The position numbers were made by a program, and so were the translations under genes. Below the pieces are notes generated by a model. That model saw only the letters and a program-made list of their open reading frames with translations, searched no databases and was not told the origin of the DNA. Below, piece by piece: positions 1 to 8,363 of a stretch of 33,198 nt of DNA. The stretch is taken from the NCBI GenBank assembly GCA_964632315.1, contig CAZWEM010000036.1:1-33198 (forward strand), given 5' to 3'. The stretch comes from an uncultured archaeon (GTDB taxonomy: Archaea > Asgardarchaeota > Lokiarchaeia > Sigyniarchaeales > SOKP01). How positions within the stretch are numbered: position 1 is the stretch's first letter; each line of letters starts with the position of its first letter.

Positions 1-2
1 TT

Positions 3-509
3 TCATTTCACAGCCTCCAGTCCCTGCTTACGTGCGAGTTCGATCGATCGGAAGACTTCCGGGTCGCCTTTCACATCGGGGTGATGAATTTTCGACAGCT
101 TCCGGAACTGCCGCTCAATGTCTTCAGCCGTTTCGGGCATGCTGGTGAAGCCCAGCATGATGGCCCAGTTGGGGAGTGATGTAGGCTCCGGAAGTGATTT
201 CATCCCGCTGACCCACACTGAAAGGTCGTATACTCCTCTCGAAATTACCCTTGTGAGGTCCTCGAGGGCGAGTACCAAAATGATGAAACACTGTGTTCCT
301 CGGGTCACATTCGTGAACATGGTAGCCGCTTTCTCAGCACTATGCTCGAACCGGAAATACCCTCCCTTGTACCAGAAGGAAATGAAGGCGTCCTTTCGCC
401 CCCAGTCGTACTCCACCTTCGTGACGCCAAGCTTCTCGACAATGCGCTTCAGTTTCTTCTCGTACACGCTTGCATCTTGGCTAATTTTCAGTGTTGACCT
501 TTTGCCCAT
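3..509 (-). CDS. J-domain (DnaJ-type) protein with uncharacterised N-terminal domain
   Basis: C-terminal ...LGF...EDIERQFRKLSKIHHPDVKGDPEVF carries the HPD motif and J-domain helices. SD AAGGAG lies upstream of the ATG. Confidence 0.85.
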   Translation of the reverse strand: MGKRSTLKISQDASVYEKKLKRIVEKLGVTKVEYDWGRKDAFISFWYKGGYFRFEHSAEKAATMFTNVTRGTQCFIILVLALEDLTRVISRGVYDLSVWVSGMKSLPEPTSLPNWAIMLGFTSMPETAEDIERQFRKLSKIHHPDVKGDPEVFRSIELARKQGLEAVK

Positions 510-571
510 TGCTTTCTCCTTCCAACAGTGCTACACTCTTAGTACACACCGTCTTGTTCGTCATTCTCCTT

Positions 572-606
572 GGCCCTGGGTAGTTCGTCACTCAGGGCCT
601 CTTTTA
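572..606 (+). terminator. Possible intrinsic terminator hairpin, U-tract on the + strand
   Basis: GGCCCTGGGT-loop-ACTCAGGGCC followed by TCTTTTA, in the gap between two minus-strand genes. Confidence 0.45.
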
Positions 607-852
607 TAACCCAAGCTCTTCTACCTTCTCAGTGACGTAAAGCCCGCGGTGGATCCTCGCATCGTACTGTACGTATCCTTTCTCCTCGAGGGAAAGGACA
701 CGAGCGTGGGCCCACTGATAGCTGCATCCAAGCCTCTCACCCAGCTCGCGAATGCTCGGGGGGTAGGGATTGTCAGCATACCAGTCGACAAGCTCACGTA
801 GTAGGTCGAGCTCTCCCTTCGTAGGTGTTCCGTCATTCGGTGGGCGCGGCAT
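604..852 (-). CDS. LexA-like winged-helix DNA-binding protein (N-terminal domain only, 82 aa)
   Basis: TKGELDLL...YPPSIRELGERLGCS...LEEKGY...RGL matches the LexA DNA-binding domain pattern. Start moved to ATG 852, which has GAGGT upstream. There is no S24 peptidase domain. Confidence 0.8.
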   Translation of the reverse strand: MPRPPNDGTPTKGELDLLRELVDWYADNPYPPSIRELGERLGCSYQWAHARVLSLEEKGYVQYDARIHRGLYVTEKVEELGL

Positions 853-1114
853 TGCTCGGAACCTCGTCACATACCGTATCCGGCTGCTGCGGTTTGCCGC
901 CGTCTGTTTCCGCCTCCGCCCTAACGAGAGCCGCATACAGCGCTTCGAGTCGTCGAATCTCCACCCGGGATACGCGAATCGGTCCGAACGGTACCATGTC
1001 GGCAAACGAGTCGCACAGGTCGAGCTGCAAGTCGTTGAGCTCAGACTCAGCTCGGTCGATACAGTACTGTGCCTTCTTCTTCAGATCCTCAATACGTGCC
1101 TTATCAACAATCAT
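833..1114 (-). CDS. Hypothetical protein (93 aa)
   Basis: Overlaps both neighbours in operon fashion; GGAGG SD upstream. Confidence 0.6.
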   Translation of the reverse strand: MIVDKARIEDLKKKAQYCIDRAESELNDLQLDLCDSFADMVPFGPIRVSRVEIRRLEALYAALVRAEAETDGGKPQQPDTVCDEVPSNAAPTE

Positions 1115-1416
1115 TCATCCACCTCCACTATGGCTTCAATGTCCTCCTCCTTCACGAGGAGGTAGTAGTTACGCTTCCGCTCCTTGTCTGTTTCGTCGGC
1201 GAACAGAGGTCTCCCGCGGTAGTTCGCGAACACCACAATCTTTCCGTCGAGCTCCGAGTTTCCTCCTTCCCCGACCCTGACTACCCGGCCGGTTTGCTCC
1301 CGCTCACGCGCGACCTCTGGAACGTACAGCGGACCGCTATATGACTTTGTGCGTGCTACCAGCAACAGTAGCTCCCCTCGCAGTGGCGTCACATTTGCCA
1401 CGTCACGATGCTTCAT
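1111..1416 (-). CDS. groES: GroES/Cpn10-like co-chaperonin
   Basis: PLRGELLL...GPLYVPEVARE...GRVVRVGEG...VVFANYRG...YLLVKEEDIEAIVE follows the Cpn10 motif order and length. Confidence 0.85.
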   Translation of the reverse strand: MKHRDVANVTPLRGELLLLVARTKSYSGPLYVPEVAREREQTGRVVRVGEGGNSELDGKIVVFANYRGRPLFADETDKERKRNYYLLVKEEDIEAIVEVDE

Positions 1417-1625
1417 GTTGACTCCTCCACCTGCTGGTCGCGCACCACTGTCTCAACTCGCAACACTGATTCCTGTCGTGCGCCGTCACGGTACGTGAAG
1501 AACCGCAACTCTGCCCCATCCAGGTAGCGCCGCATCATCTTTCTGTCTGCTTCGTCTGCCGGCCGAAATTCGATAGCAAAGCATTCTTGTCCATCCTCCT
1601 CAAATGTCGTAAATCTCGCATCCAT
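1413..1625 (-). CDS. Hypothetical protein (70 aa), first gene of the leftward operon
   Basis: ATG 1625 is preceded by GGAGGT and lies just downstream of the leftward promoter. Its stop overlaps the GroES start. Confidence 0.65.
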   Translation of the reverse strand: MDARFTTFEEDGQECFAIEFRPADEADRKMMRRYLDGAELRFFTYRDGARQESVLRVETVVRDQQVEEST

Positions 1626-1650
1626 GACGTACCTCCAAATACGTGTAAAT

Positions 1651-1679
1651 AGTGTATCATTAATACAGACAAATGTCAA
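1651..1679 (-). promoter_or_regulatory. Leftward sigma70-type promoter
   Basis: Minus strand reads TTGACA (1679-1674), 17 nt, TACACT (1656-1651), with an extended -10 TGn. Confidence 0.8.
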
Positions 1680-1708
1680 TAGTTATTGCACTTTCTCGTC
1701 ACTTTCCG

Positions 1709-1736
1709 TTGACAAGCCTCCAAAATCGTGTACATT
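1709..1736 (+). promoter_or_regulatory. Rightward sigma70-type promoter for the packaging/structural operon
   Basis: TTGACA (1709-1714), 16 nt, TACATT (1731-1736). Confidence 0.65.
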
Positions 1737-1742
1737 GGAGAT

Positions 1743-2135
1743 ATGAGCGATTACGTTCCTCCTGAAGATCGTGTATTGAGCGGGCCTGATGGAGATGTTG
1801 ATCTTCATGACCAAGCACTCATCATTATCCGCAACTTGATGTTCTCAAGCGAGGAAAAAGCGAAACGTGCCGGCCTTGATTCCTACATGACCTACCTGCA
1901 ACGAGTGGGCGATGCCGCCAAACCAGCAGAGCCACCGTGGTCGCCGGAGTACATTGGGAAAGCCATGGCTGAGTTTTGTAGGTTTTTTGGAGAAGGAGGA
2001 CTCATTGACCGAAACGAGGATGGATATGCTCTTAGACCGCTTGAACCAGACATTGCGGGAGAATTCGAAGTCACCGACAACGACGAAGACGAGCGAGTCG
2101 ATGTCAAGGAACTCTTCACAAGAGAGAGCGAGTGA
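1743..2135 (+). CDS. Putative terminase small subunit (positional call)
   Basis: ~130 aa acidic protein immediately upstream of, and overlapping, the large terminase. No diagnostic motif. Confidence 0.45.
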   Translation: MSDYVPPEDRVLSGPDGDVDLHDQALIIIRNLMFSSEEKAKRAGLDSYMTYLQRVGDAAKPAEPPWSPEYIGKAMAEFCRFFGEGGLIDRNEDGYALRPLEPDIAGEFEVTDNDEDERVDVKELFTRESE

Positions 2136-3946
2136 TGGCGGAAGCAACGTCCAGTACATCCCCCGAGAAGGATTTGTCGATATGGGTTGAGCCCCAGCGG
2201 CACATTGACGACTCCTACCCGCTTCTCTCGGGAACTTGGGTCACTCCGCGCAACGCCCATCTCAAGCGCCCACATCTTGTCATAACGCCACATCCCGATG
2301 CACCCCTGTTCACCCGCGACTCTAATCCTCGTCTTATTGTGCAGCAGCTGATCGATGAGGTTAGGGGTGGAAACTTTCCTACGAACGAGAAGATGCGGGC
2401 TTACCTGCGCCAAGCTGCCCTCGTCAACATGTTCTTCCATGCGAATGTCGTAGCAGGTTTCAACGGACCGTACCGTAACATGACTGATCATCTCCACCTC
2501 GACATGTGCAACTTCTACCAAACACAGTCGCGAATGCTCGGCCGAAAATATGCGGTATTCGAACCGCGATTTCACGGGAAAAGCACCGTGTTCGTGCATC
2601 ACTCTACTGAGTGGGACATCTCGCGAGGGGATGTGGAAAGCATAGGTATCTGTAGCGCAATATCCAACCGGGCCGAGGAATTCCTCGACTTCGTGAAAGA
2701 TGTGTTTGAGAAGAACCCGTTCTTTGCGTGGTTGTTTCCGGAAGTTCGAAAGCCGTCTCTCCGTGAGGGAAAGTGGAATGCTACCGAGATCGAAGTGAAC
2801 GGTGTGCGAGTTATTACCTTTGCCATCGGAGGTAGTGTCCAGGGTATCCACGTAGCCTCTCTAAAGATCGACGATCCCGTAGGCGAGGAACAGTTGAACG
2901 CAGATAGGCAAGCGAACGCGGATATGTACCGGATCCGAAACTGGATAAAGTCTAATCAGCGCACCTTGGTGAAGGATTGGGACCGCTCAACGGTGCTCTA
3001 CGTTGGCACCCGTTACGGGACAGACGACCCGGGCGAGGACATTTGCCAGAACATCGCTAAAAGGTATGGATGCTGGGATGACCTGCCGTACGGAGAGCGT
3101 GATGATGGAGAATGGCACGTATACTACCGCATGGTGGCTGAGCGCGACCGCATCGTGTATCCCGAGAAGGTGAGTAAGAAGAAGCTTATGCAGCTCCTTC
3201 GCGAAGACTGGTGGACTGGTGCCACCCAGTTCTTCAACTCTCCGCACCTCGCAGGAAGTAACGAGCTCGCAGGATATAGACTCGAGCCATGTTACCTCGA
3301 CACAGATGATGAAGGGAACTTTGTGTTGTCGTGGACTGACCTCACTTCAGGTCATCCCGAGACACGGGAATGCTATCTTGCCGATTGCGACATAATTGTC
3401 GCGACAGACCCTGCAGGAACAGAGAAGCGCATCAGTTCGAAGACAAGCCGCACTGCGGTTGTTGTCTATGTGCGCACCTACCACGATACCCGCCACATCA
3501 TCAACCTTCGTGTAGGGTATATGAAAACGACGAAGATGATGGACCACATGTTTTCGTTTTTCGGAACGTATTCGCCTCGCAAAAGCGTGCTCGAGACGCA
3601 GGGACCATTCAGGCTGTTGCGGGGTCTTATGGACGATGAGCAAGCGAAGAGAGAGAAATGGATCCACCTCGCTCCGCAGTCGGCTGTTGGTGATAAGGAT
3701 GCCAACATACGAACTACCCTTCAGCCACTGTTTGAGAAAGGACTCATCTATTGCGTCCCTACGGCAATAGACAATGTTATGCAGGAAGTGCGCATGTTTC
3801 CGAACAGTCGGAAGAAGGACATACTGGATGCGATAACTCTCGCGGAAAAGGCAAGTGTATGTCCGGAGTCCCCGGAGGTTATCGAAGAAGAGGAAGAGCG
3901 CGAGGAAATGATGGCTCTTGGACGTAATAGGGTTACTGGCTATTAA
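2135..3946 (+). CDS. terL: Terminase large subunit
   Basis: Walker A PRFHGKST, Walker B LKIDDP, coupling motif VGTRY, and RNase H-like nuclease acidic motifs ATDPA and KDILDA. Confidence 0.93.
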   Translation: MAEATSSTSPEKDLSIWVEPQRHIDDSYPLLSGTWVTPRNAHLKRPHLVITPHPDAPLFTRDSNPRLIVQQLIDEVRGGNFPTNEKMRAYLRQAALVNMFFHANVVAGFNGPYRNMTDHLHLDMCNFYQTQSRMLGRKYAVFEPRFHGKSTVFVHHSTEWDISRGDVESIGICSAISNRAEEFLDFVKDVFEKNPFFAWLFPEVRKPSLREGKWNATEIEVNGVRVITFAIGGSVQGIHVASLKIDDPVGEEQLNADRQANADMYRIRNWIKSNQRTLVKDWDRSTVLYVGTRYGTDDPGEDICQNIAKRYGCWDDLPYGERDDGEWHVYYRMVAERDRIVYPEKVSKKKLMQLLREDWWTGATQFFNSPHLAGSNELAGYRLEPCYLDTDDEGNFVLSWTDLTSGHPETRECYLADCDIIVATDPAGTEKRISSKTSRTAVVVYVRTYHDTRHIINLRVGYMKTTKMMDHMFSFFGTYSPRKSVLETQGPFRLLRGLMDDEQAKREKWIHLAPQSAVGDKDANIRTTLQPLFEKGLIYCVPTAIDNVMQEVRMFPNSRKKDILDAITLAEKASVCPESPEVIEEEEEREEMMALGRNRVTGY

Positions 3947-3961
3947 TGGAGGAACCGATAA

Positions 3962-6103
3962 ATGAGTGATCTGTCAAATATTCCTGAATTCCCCGTGCCA
4001 GGAGGCGCAGGACAGGCTGCAGCAGCCGAAAGTGGAACCAACCCTGCGCAGGACTTCGTCACAATCCCTGCCGATACCATTTTCGCGAGCGAAGAGATAA
4101 AGCAGCGCTTCATCTCCTACCTCGTCAACGAGACGGCAGCGATCAAGGACTACATGGAATCGCAGAAGTTCTACCAGAACTGGAACACATGGCGCCGGCA
4201 GCGTACTGCACGTCCCGAGAACGAGACGAAAAACACACCCTGGCCCGGTGCTTCGAATGTCTCTGTCCCGCTGGCAGCAACAAACACGAATGGGATCGTT
4301 GCGCATCTGAAGAAAGCGTTCAAGCTGCGAAAGCCGCTATTCTCTGCGGAAAGCAATGACGAACCGCACAAAAAACACGCGGTTGTCGCAGGAAAATTCA
4401 TCTCGCGGTTGGCCGAGAGCCCATTCCACGTCAATATCCGGAAGAAGAACAATCGTATATTCTACGATACGGTTTCTCTCGGTACGCAATTCGTTGATGT
4501 ACCGTGGGTAGTTGAGCATCAGTACTTCAAACGAGTTGACGCCAACAACGTTGCGCAGGTCGTGTCAAAGACGCTGTATGACGGTCCGGACATCATTCCC
4601 TACCGCCTCGAGGATGTTCTGGTTTCTCCAAACTATTTTGACATCCAACAGGCACCCCTTGTTGCTTTTGCGCGCACCTACACCGGGAGCGAGTTGAAAA
4701 ACCTCGTCTACAGTGGATACTTCGAGCAGCCGCAAGGTGACACACCTCTTGAGGGCGCCGAACAGACTGAAATGGATCCCAACAGGGAAGCCGAGAAGAG
4801 GCGTCTGGGCTCCGAGCCAGACTTCACGATCGAGGAGGAGAAATCCTATCTCATCTACAAGTGCTACACCGAGTTCGATGCTGATGACAGTGGCTTGTCG
4901 GTTCCTCTCATCGCCTTCATCGAGCCCACGAACGAAATTCTGTTTCGTGTTGAATACAACGAGATTGGGCGAAAGCCCATAGGGCGCGTTCCGTACCTCG
5001 ACCTTCCGGAAGAGCTGTATGCATTGGGTGTCGGCTGGATGGATGAGCTGCTGCAGGAGGAAATCGACACCCTGCATAACATGCGTGTTAACGGCATCCA
5101 CATCTCATCGCTGCAGATGTACGTTACTCGTCGGGGTAGCGGCATCGGGCCGAACGAGACGTGGAAACCGATGAAGAACATCCAGGTAGATGACACGGCC
5201 AGTGACTTCAAGGTCGTCACATTTCCGGACGTCAGTGGACCAACAGAACGTGGTGAGATGATCGTTAGGCAGCTTGCGGATCGCTTTACCGGCGCAAGTG
5301 AGGCTCAGATGGGGTTGCCGGACAGCACTGCAAAAAGCGGCACCTCTCCAACGCTACAGATGTTTCTCTCACAGCAGGGAAATGTCATTCTCAACTCTCT
5401 TATCGACAACGTTGAGCAAGGCTACGGCGAGTTCGGGACGCTTCTGCTGATGCAGTGTGTCGCGAATGGAGATAGGGCGAAGCAGAATCTCCTTGGGCTC
5501 GTGGACCAAGCCGATCAAGCGCTATTGAGCGAGATCTTCGACATGAATGTCGAGGATATCCCCTCATTGTTCCATTTCCGGGTGAAGCTCACCGACGTCG
5601 ACAAGACTGAGGACGCGAAGAGACAGCAAATTATGATCAAGCAGCAGCTGTTCTCGATGTACGAGCAGGCACTTCTGCAGGACCTTTCGGTAATGGCCTC
5701 TTCGCAAGCCTCGCCCCAGATGAAGGAATTTGCAGCTCAGATGTATGGGAGTCGCACCAAGATGATGGAGGAGACGCTTACCATGCTCGGTGAAGCAAAC
5801 GCCGAGGAGCTCCTCCCCTACGTGCAAGACACGTTGTTCATGCTCGATATGATAAAGCAGCAGAAAGCAATCGCACTCGCACAAATGGAAGCGAGTCAGG
5901 GAGGAGGATCGAATGGCAATAACGCGGGAATCGCTGCCGGAGGACCAGCCATTGGCGGTACTGCACCGGGTGGCGGACCAAACGGGAATAGCCCCGAACA
6001 AGGTGGAAGCCCTTCTGGACCTAATGGAGCACCCGGGATGGGCGGTGGTACTGGAGCTGCGCCAGCAGGTCTTGCGACAGGCTCAGGGCCAGCTGGAGGT
6101 TAA
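3962..6103 (+). CDS. Portal protein
   Basis: 713 aa, directly after terL. Has an N-terminal PWPGASN motif, a helical core and a Gln/Met- then Gly/Pro-rich tail, typical of podovirus portals. Confidence 0.85.
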   Translation: MSDLSNIPEFPVPGGAGQAAAAESGTNPAQDFVTIPADTIFASEEIKQRFISYLVNETAAIKDYMESQKFYQNWNTWRRQRTARPENETKNTPWPGASNVSVPLAATNTNGIVAHLKKAFKLRKPLFSAESNDEPHKKHAVVAGKFISRLAESPFHVNIRKKNNRIFYDTVSLGTQFVDVPWVVEHQYFKRVDANNVAQVVSKTLYDGPDIIPYRLEDVLVSPNYFDIQQAPLVAFARTYTGSELKNLVYSGYFEQPQGDTPLEGAEQTEMDPNREAEKRRLGSEPDFTIEEEKSYLIYKCYTEFDADDSGLSVPLIAFIEPTNEILFRVEYNEIGRKPIGRVPYLDLPEELYALGVGWMDELLQEEIDTLHNMRVNGIHISSLQMYVTRRGSGIGPNETWKPMKNIQVDDTASDFKVVTFPDVSGPTERGEMIVRQLADRFTGASEAQMGLPDSTAKSGTSPTLQMFLSQQGNVILNSLIDNVEQGYGEFGTLLLMQCVANGDRAKQNLLGLVDQADQALLSEIFDMNVEDIPSLFHFRVKLTDVDKTEDAKRQQIMIKQQLFSMYEQALLQDLSVMASSQASPQMKEFAAQMYGSRTKMMEETLTMLGEANAEELLPYVQDTLFMLDMIKQQKAIALAQMEASQGGGSNGNNAGIAAGGPAIGGTAPGGGPNGNSPEQGGSPSGPNGAPGMGGGTGAAPAGLATGSGPAGG

Positions 6104-6227
6104 TCACGATCACGGGTTCCTTCGGGAAAACCAAGGGCGAGTAGCAGCGCTCAAACAACTATTCGAGACATTAATAGGTGGCGTAAAACGTACTTATGAG
6201 GAGGCACAGGATGAAGGGCATGAATAG
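5913..6227 (+). CDS. Small phage head-module protein overlapping the portal 3' end
   Basis: Strong SD GGAGGAGG before ATG 5913. The helical sequence (HPGW...QGRVAAL) is of the type often found between portal and scaffold. Its stop overlaps the scaffold start. Confidence 0.7.
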   Translation: MAITRESLPEDQPLAVLHRVADQTGIAPNKVEALLDLMEHPGWAVVLELRQQVLRQAQGQLEVNHDHGFLRENQGRVAALKQLFETLIGGVKRTYEEAQDEGHE

Positions 6228-7197
6228 CATCGAGGAATTCCGGAAACAACTGGAACTCATCCATTTGCAGTGGCACGCCAAAGTGCAGGCCGCGAAAGTG
6301 GAGGAAGACGAGGATGAGGACGAGGAGGAAACCGCCGAGGAGGAAGAGGACACCACAACTGACGACTCCGATCGCCCTGGAGAGGATGAGCATGAGCTGG
6401 ATGAGGATGACGCGGGGGTAGAGTTCGTCGAGGATGACGACCTCACCAACGAGGAGCCGGACGAGGAAACAACGCAGCTCAATGATACCCTTGCGCGCCT
6501 TGCCGGAAAGATCGGCGAAGGAAATAAGCAGGACCAGACTGCTGAGATCCTTCGGGAAGGTTTTGCGAATCTCGAGAAAATCGTCGCAAGACGTGATACC
6601 TCTCCACAAGGCCAGCAAGTTGCCGGCGAGAAGGTAGAGTCGCTCGAGGATTTCCAGAAGCGCATCAGCGAGAAGTATTTCGACGACCCTGTGAAGGCCG
6701 CGCAGGAGATCGCCGACTACCAGATCAGAGCGCAGATGCTTCCGGTTCTCCAGCAGATTGTTGGTGGCTTTACGAAGGTCAGCGCCTCTACCTCCAAGGC
6801 GAATGCGAAAAACGATCCCGTCTATGCGACGGTTATGGAGAAGTGGGGGGACGACGTAGAAGAGCAGGTTGCTCAGCTCACGAAGAACAATCCGCTTGCC
6901 TCTGACACCTATGAGCAGGCTTGCGCGAAGGTTGCTCAATCGCATTTCAGCGAGCTGGTCCAGCTTGAGGTCGAGAAGGCCGTGAAGAAAGCTGGAAAGC
7001 CGGCCACGCCAGCGAAGGGTGGGCAGCCGAAAGGTGCTGCCGGAAGGGGGACGCCGAAGGGTGGTACTTCGACTGAGAAGGTTTCAAAGTCCTCGCCGCA
7101 GTATCGCCAGGTGGCGAAGTTCGCGATAGACAAGGGCGTCACTGAGAAGGAGGCGTACCGCTTCCTGAAAGAAAACAACATGCTGGTGAAGAAGTAG
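6211..7197 (+). CDS. Capsid scaffolding protein
   Basis: Very acidic N-terminal tract, helical middle and basic C-terminus, located between portal and capsid. SD GAGGAGG favours ATG 6211. Confidence 0.7.
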   Translation: MKGMNSIEEFRKQLELIHLQWHAKVQAAKVEEDEDEDEEETAEEEEDTTTDDSDRPGEDEHELDEDDAGVEFVEDDDLTNEEPDEETTQLNDTLARLAGKIGEGNKQDQTAEILREGFANLEKIVARRDTSPQGQQVAGEKVESLEDFQKRISEKYFDDPVKAAQEIADYQIRAQMLPVLQQIVGGFTKVSASTSKANAKNDPVYATVMEKWGDDVEEQVAQLTKNNPLASDTYEQACAKVAQSHFSELVQLEVEKAVKKAGKPATPAKGGQPKGAAGRGTPKGGTSTEKVSKSSPQYRQVAKFAIDKGVTEKEAYRFLKENNMLVKK

Positions 7198-7206
7198 GAG
7201 GAAACG

Positions 7207-7908
7207 ATGGCCGAAAGCACAGGTTCGCGAGTGAGTAGAGAGACTGGAACTACCACGAAGAAGTACAAGAACGAAAAGGTTCGAGTTTCTATTGACAATA
7301 CCTTCATGGAGGTATTAGAGTATGATAAAGAGGGTGCCATTCTTGTGTTCGAGCACACGAGTGGCAGATTCCTCGAGCTGGAACAGGATCAGGTCTCCCA
7401 GCTCTCAGAGATGAACCGTGTTCGGTATCGTACCATCGCGGAAATCGTCGAAGAGGAAAGCGAAGAAGACCCGATTCTCGTGCAGGTCGCTTCGATGATT
7501 GAGGCGGGTAGCAACAATGGGAACGCCACATCGCGTTTGCATGTTGAAGGCCTTCCGAAGGGCGTAGACCATTACTGGCAGCGACCGGATCGACTTGGAG
7601 AGTCGTACAAAGAGGGGTGGGTCCTTTGCCAGATTGATGGCGTTAAGACGCTGAACAATCAGTCAGGAAAGGGAATTCACCGGATCGGCAAACGCGGCGA
7701 GGAGGAACTGGTTCTTCTCGTACGCTCCAAGGAAGAGACACGAAAGTTCAAGCAGCGGAGGATCGATACCTACCGAGAGCGCTCTCGAGGCATCACCCGC
7801 GGTGGTGCTAAGGAAGTCGAAACGGCCGGTTTCGCCTCTGTAACGGATCAGACAAAGGTGGGTCGAGGTGAGAAGTTTGAGCCTATTCCGCGAGAAGAGG
7901 CGGAATGA
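7207..7908 (+). CDS. Hypothetical head-module protein
   Basis: 233 aa ORF with SD AGGAGG, between scaffold and capsid genes. Confidence 0.7.
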   Translation: MAESTGSRVSRETGTTTKKYKNEKVRVSIDNTFMEVLEYDKEGAILVFEHTSGRFLELEQDQVSQLSEMNRVRYRTIAEIVEEESEEDPILVQVASMIEAGSNNGNATSRLHVEGLPKGVDHYWQRPDRLGESYKEGWVLCQIDGVKTLNNQSGKGIHRIGKRGEEELVLLVRSKEETRKFKQRRIDTYRERSRGITRGGAKEVETAGFASVTDQTKVGRGEKFEPIPREEAE

Positions 7909-7919
7909 GGGGGTAATTC

Positions 7920-8351
7920 ATGGGAGACTTTAAGGTCGTCAAAACCCGTTCGGGTATGGGCGATCCGGAAATGATCCCTTGGGTCGCCGGAGGCACGTTT
8001 GAGGAAGGGGACTCCCTCATTCTCTCCAGCGGCGAGGTGATCAAGTCGACCGACGACGCGGCTACGGTATTTGCAATCGCGAAGAGCGCGGGAGCAGACG
8101 GTGAGGTCGCGAATATCGTGCTTCTCACACCCGATGTGGTCGTGGAAGGGGTTGACATTTCGGGTACTGCGGCGGTTGCCGGAGACACGGTCGGAATCAA
8201 TCTGACCGACGACGTTCTCACCTTCGAGAACGATGGGACGAACCAGCACGGTGTCGTCATCAAGGTAGTCGACGCAACGGCAAAGATCATTCAGGTGATC
8301 TTCCCGGTCGCGCTTACCGGCATAACACTCGCTGGCTTGGCACCGGCGTAA
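7920..8351 (+). CDS. Putative capsid decoration/cement protein
   Basis: 143 aa, Gly/Ala/Val/Thr-rich and beta-type, immediately before the major capsid gene. Confidence 0.6.
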   Translation: MGDFKVVKTRSGMGDPEMIPWVAGGTFEEGDSLILSSGEVIKSTDDAATVFAIAKSAGADGEVANIVLLTPDVVVEGVDISGTAAVAGDTVGINLTDDVLTFENDGTNQHGVVIKVVDATAKIIQVIFPVALTGITLAGLAPA

Positions 8352-8363
8352 GGAGGTTGAGGA

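Noticed and set aside
481-564. 27-codon minus-strand mini-ORF (MTNKTVC...) after AAGGAG
   Set aside because: The SD is only 1 nt from the ATG, the ORF overlaps the J-domain gene start, and nothing else supports it.
853-1005. N-terminal extension of the LexA-like ORF given in the ORF track
   Set aside because: It overlaps gene 833..1114 in another frame. ATG 852 has an SD and starts at the domain boundary.
6298-6470. GAG/GAC-rich repetitive tract
   Set aside because: It encodes the acidic region of the scaffold protein; not a CRISPR array or DNA-level tandem repeat.
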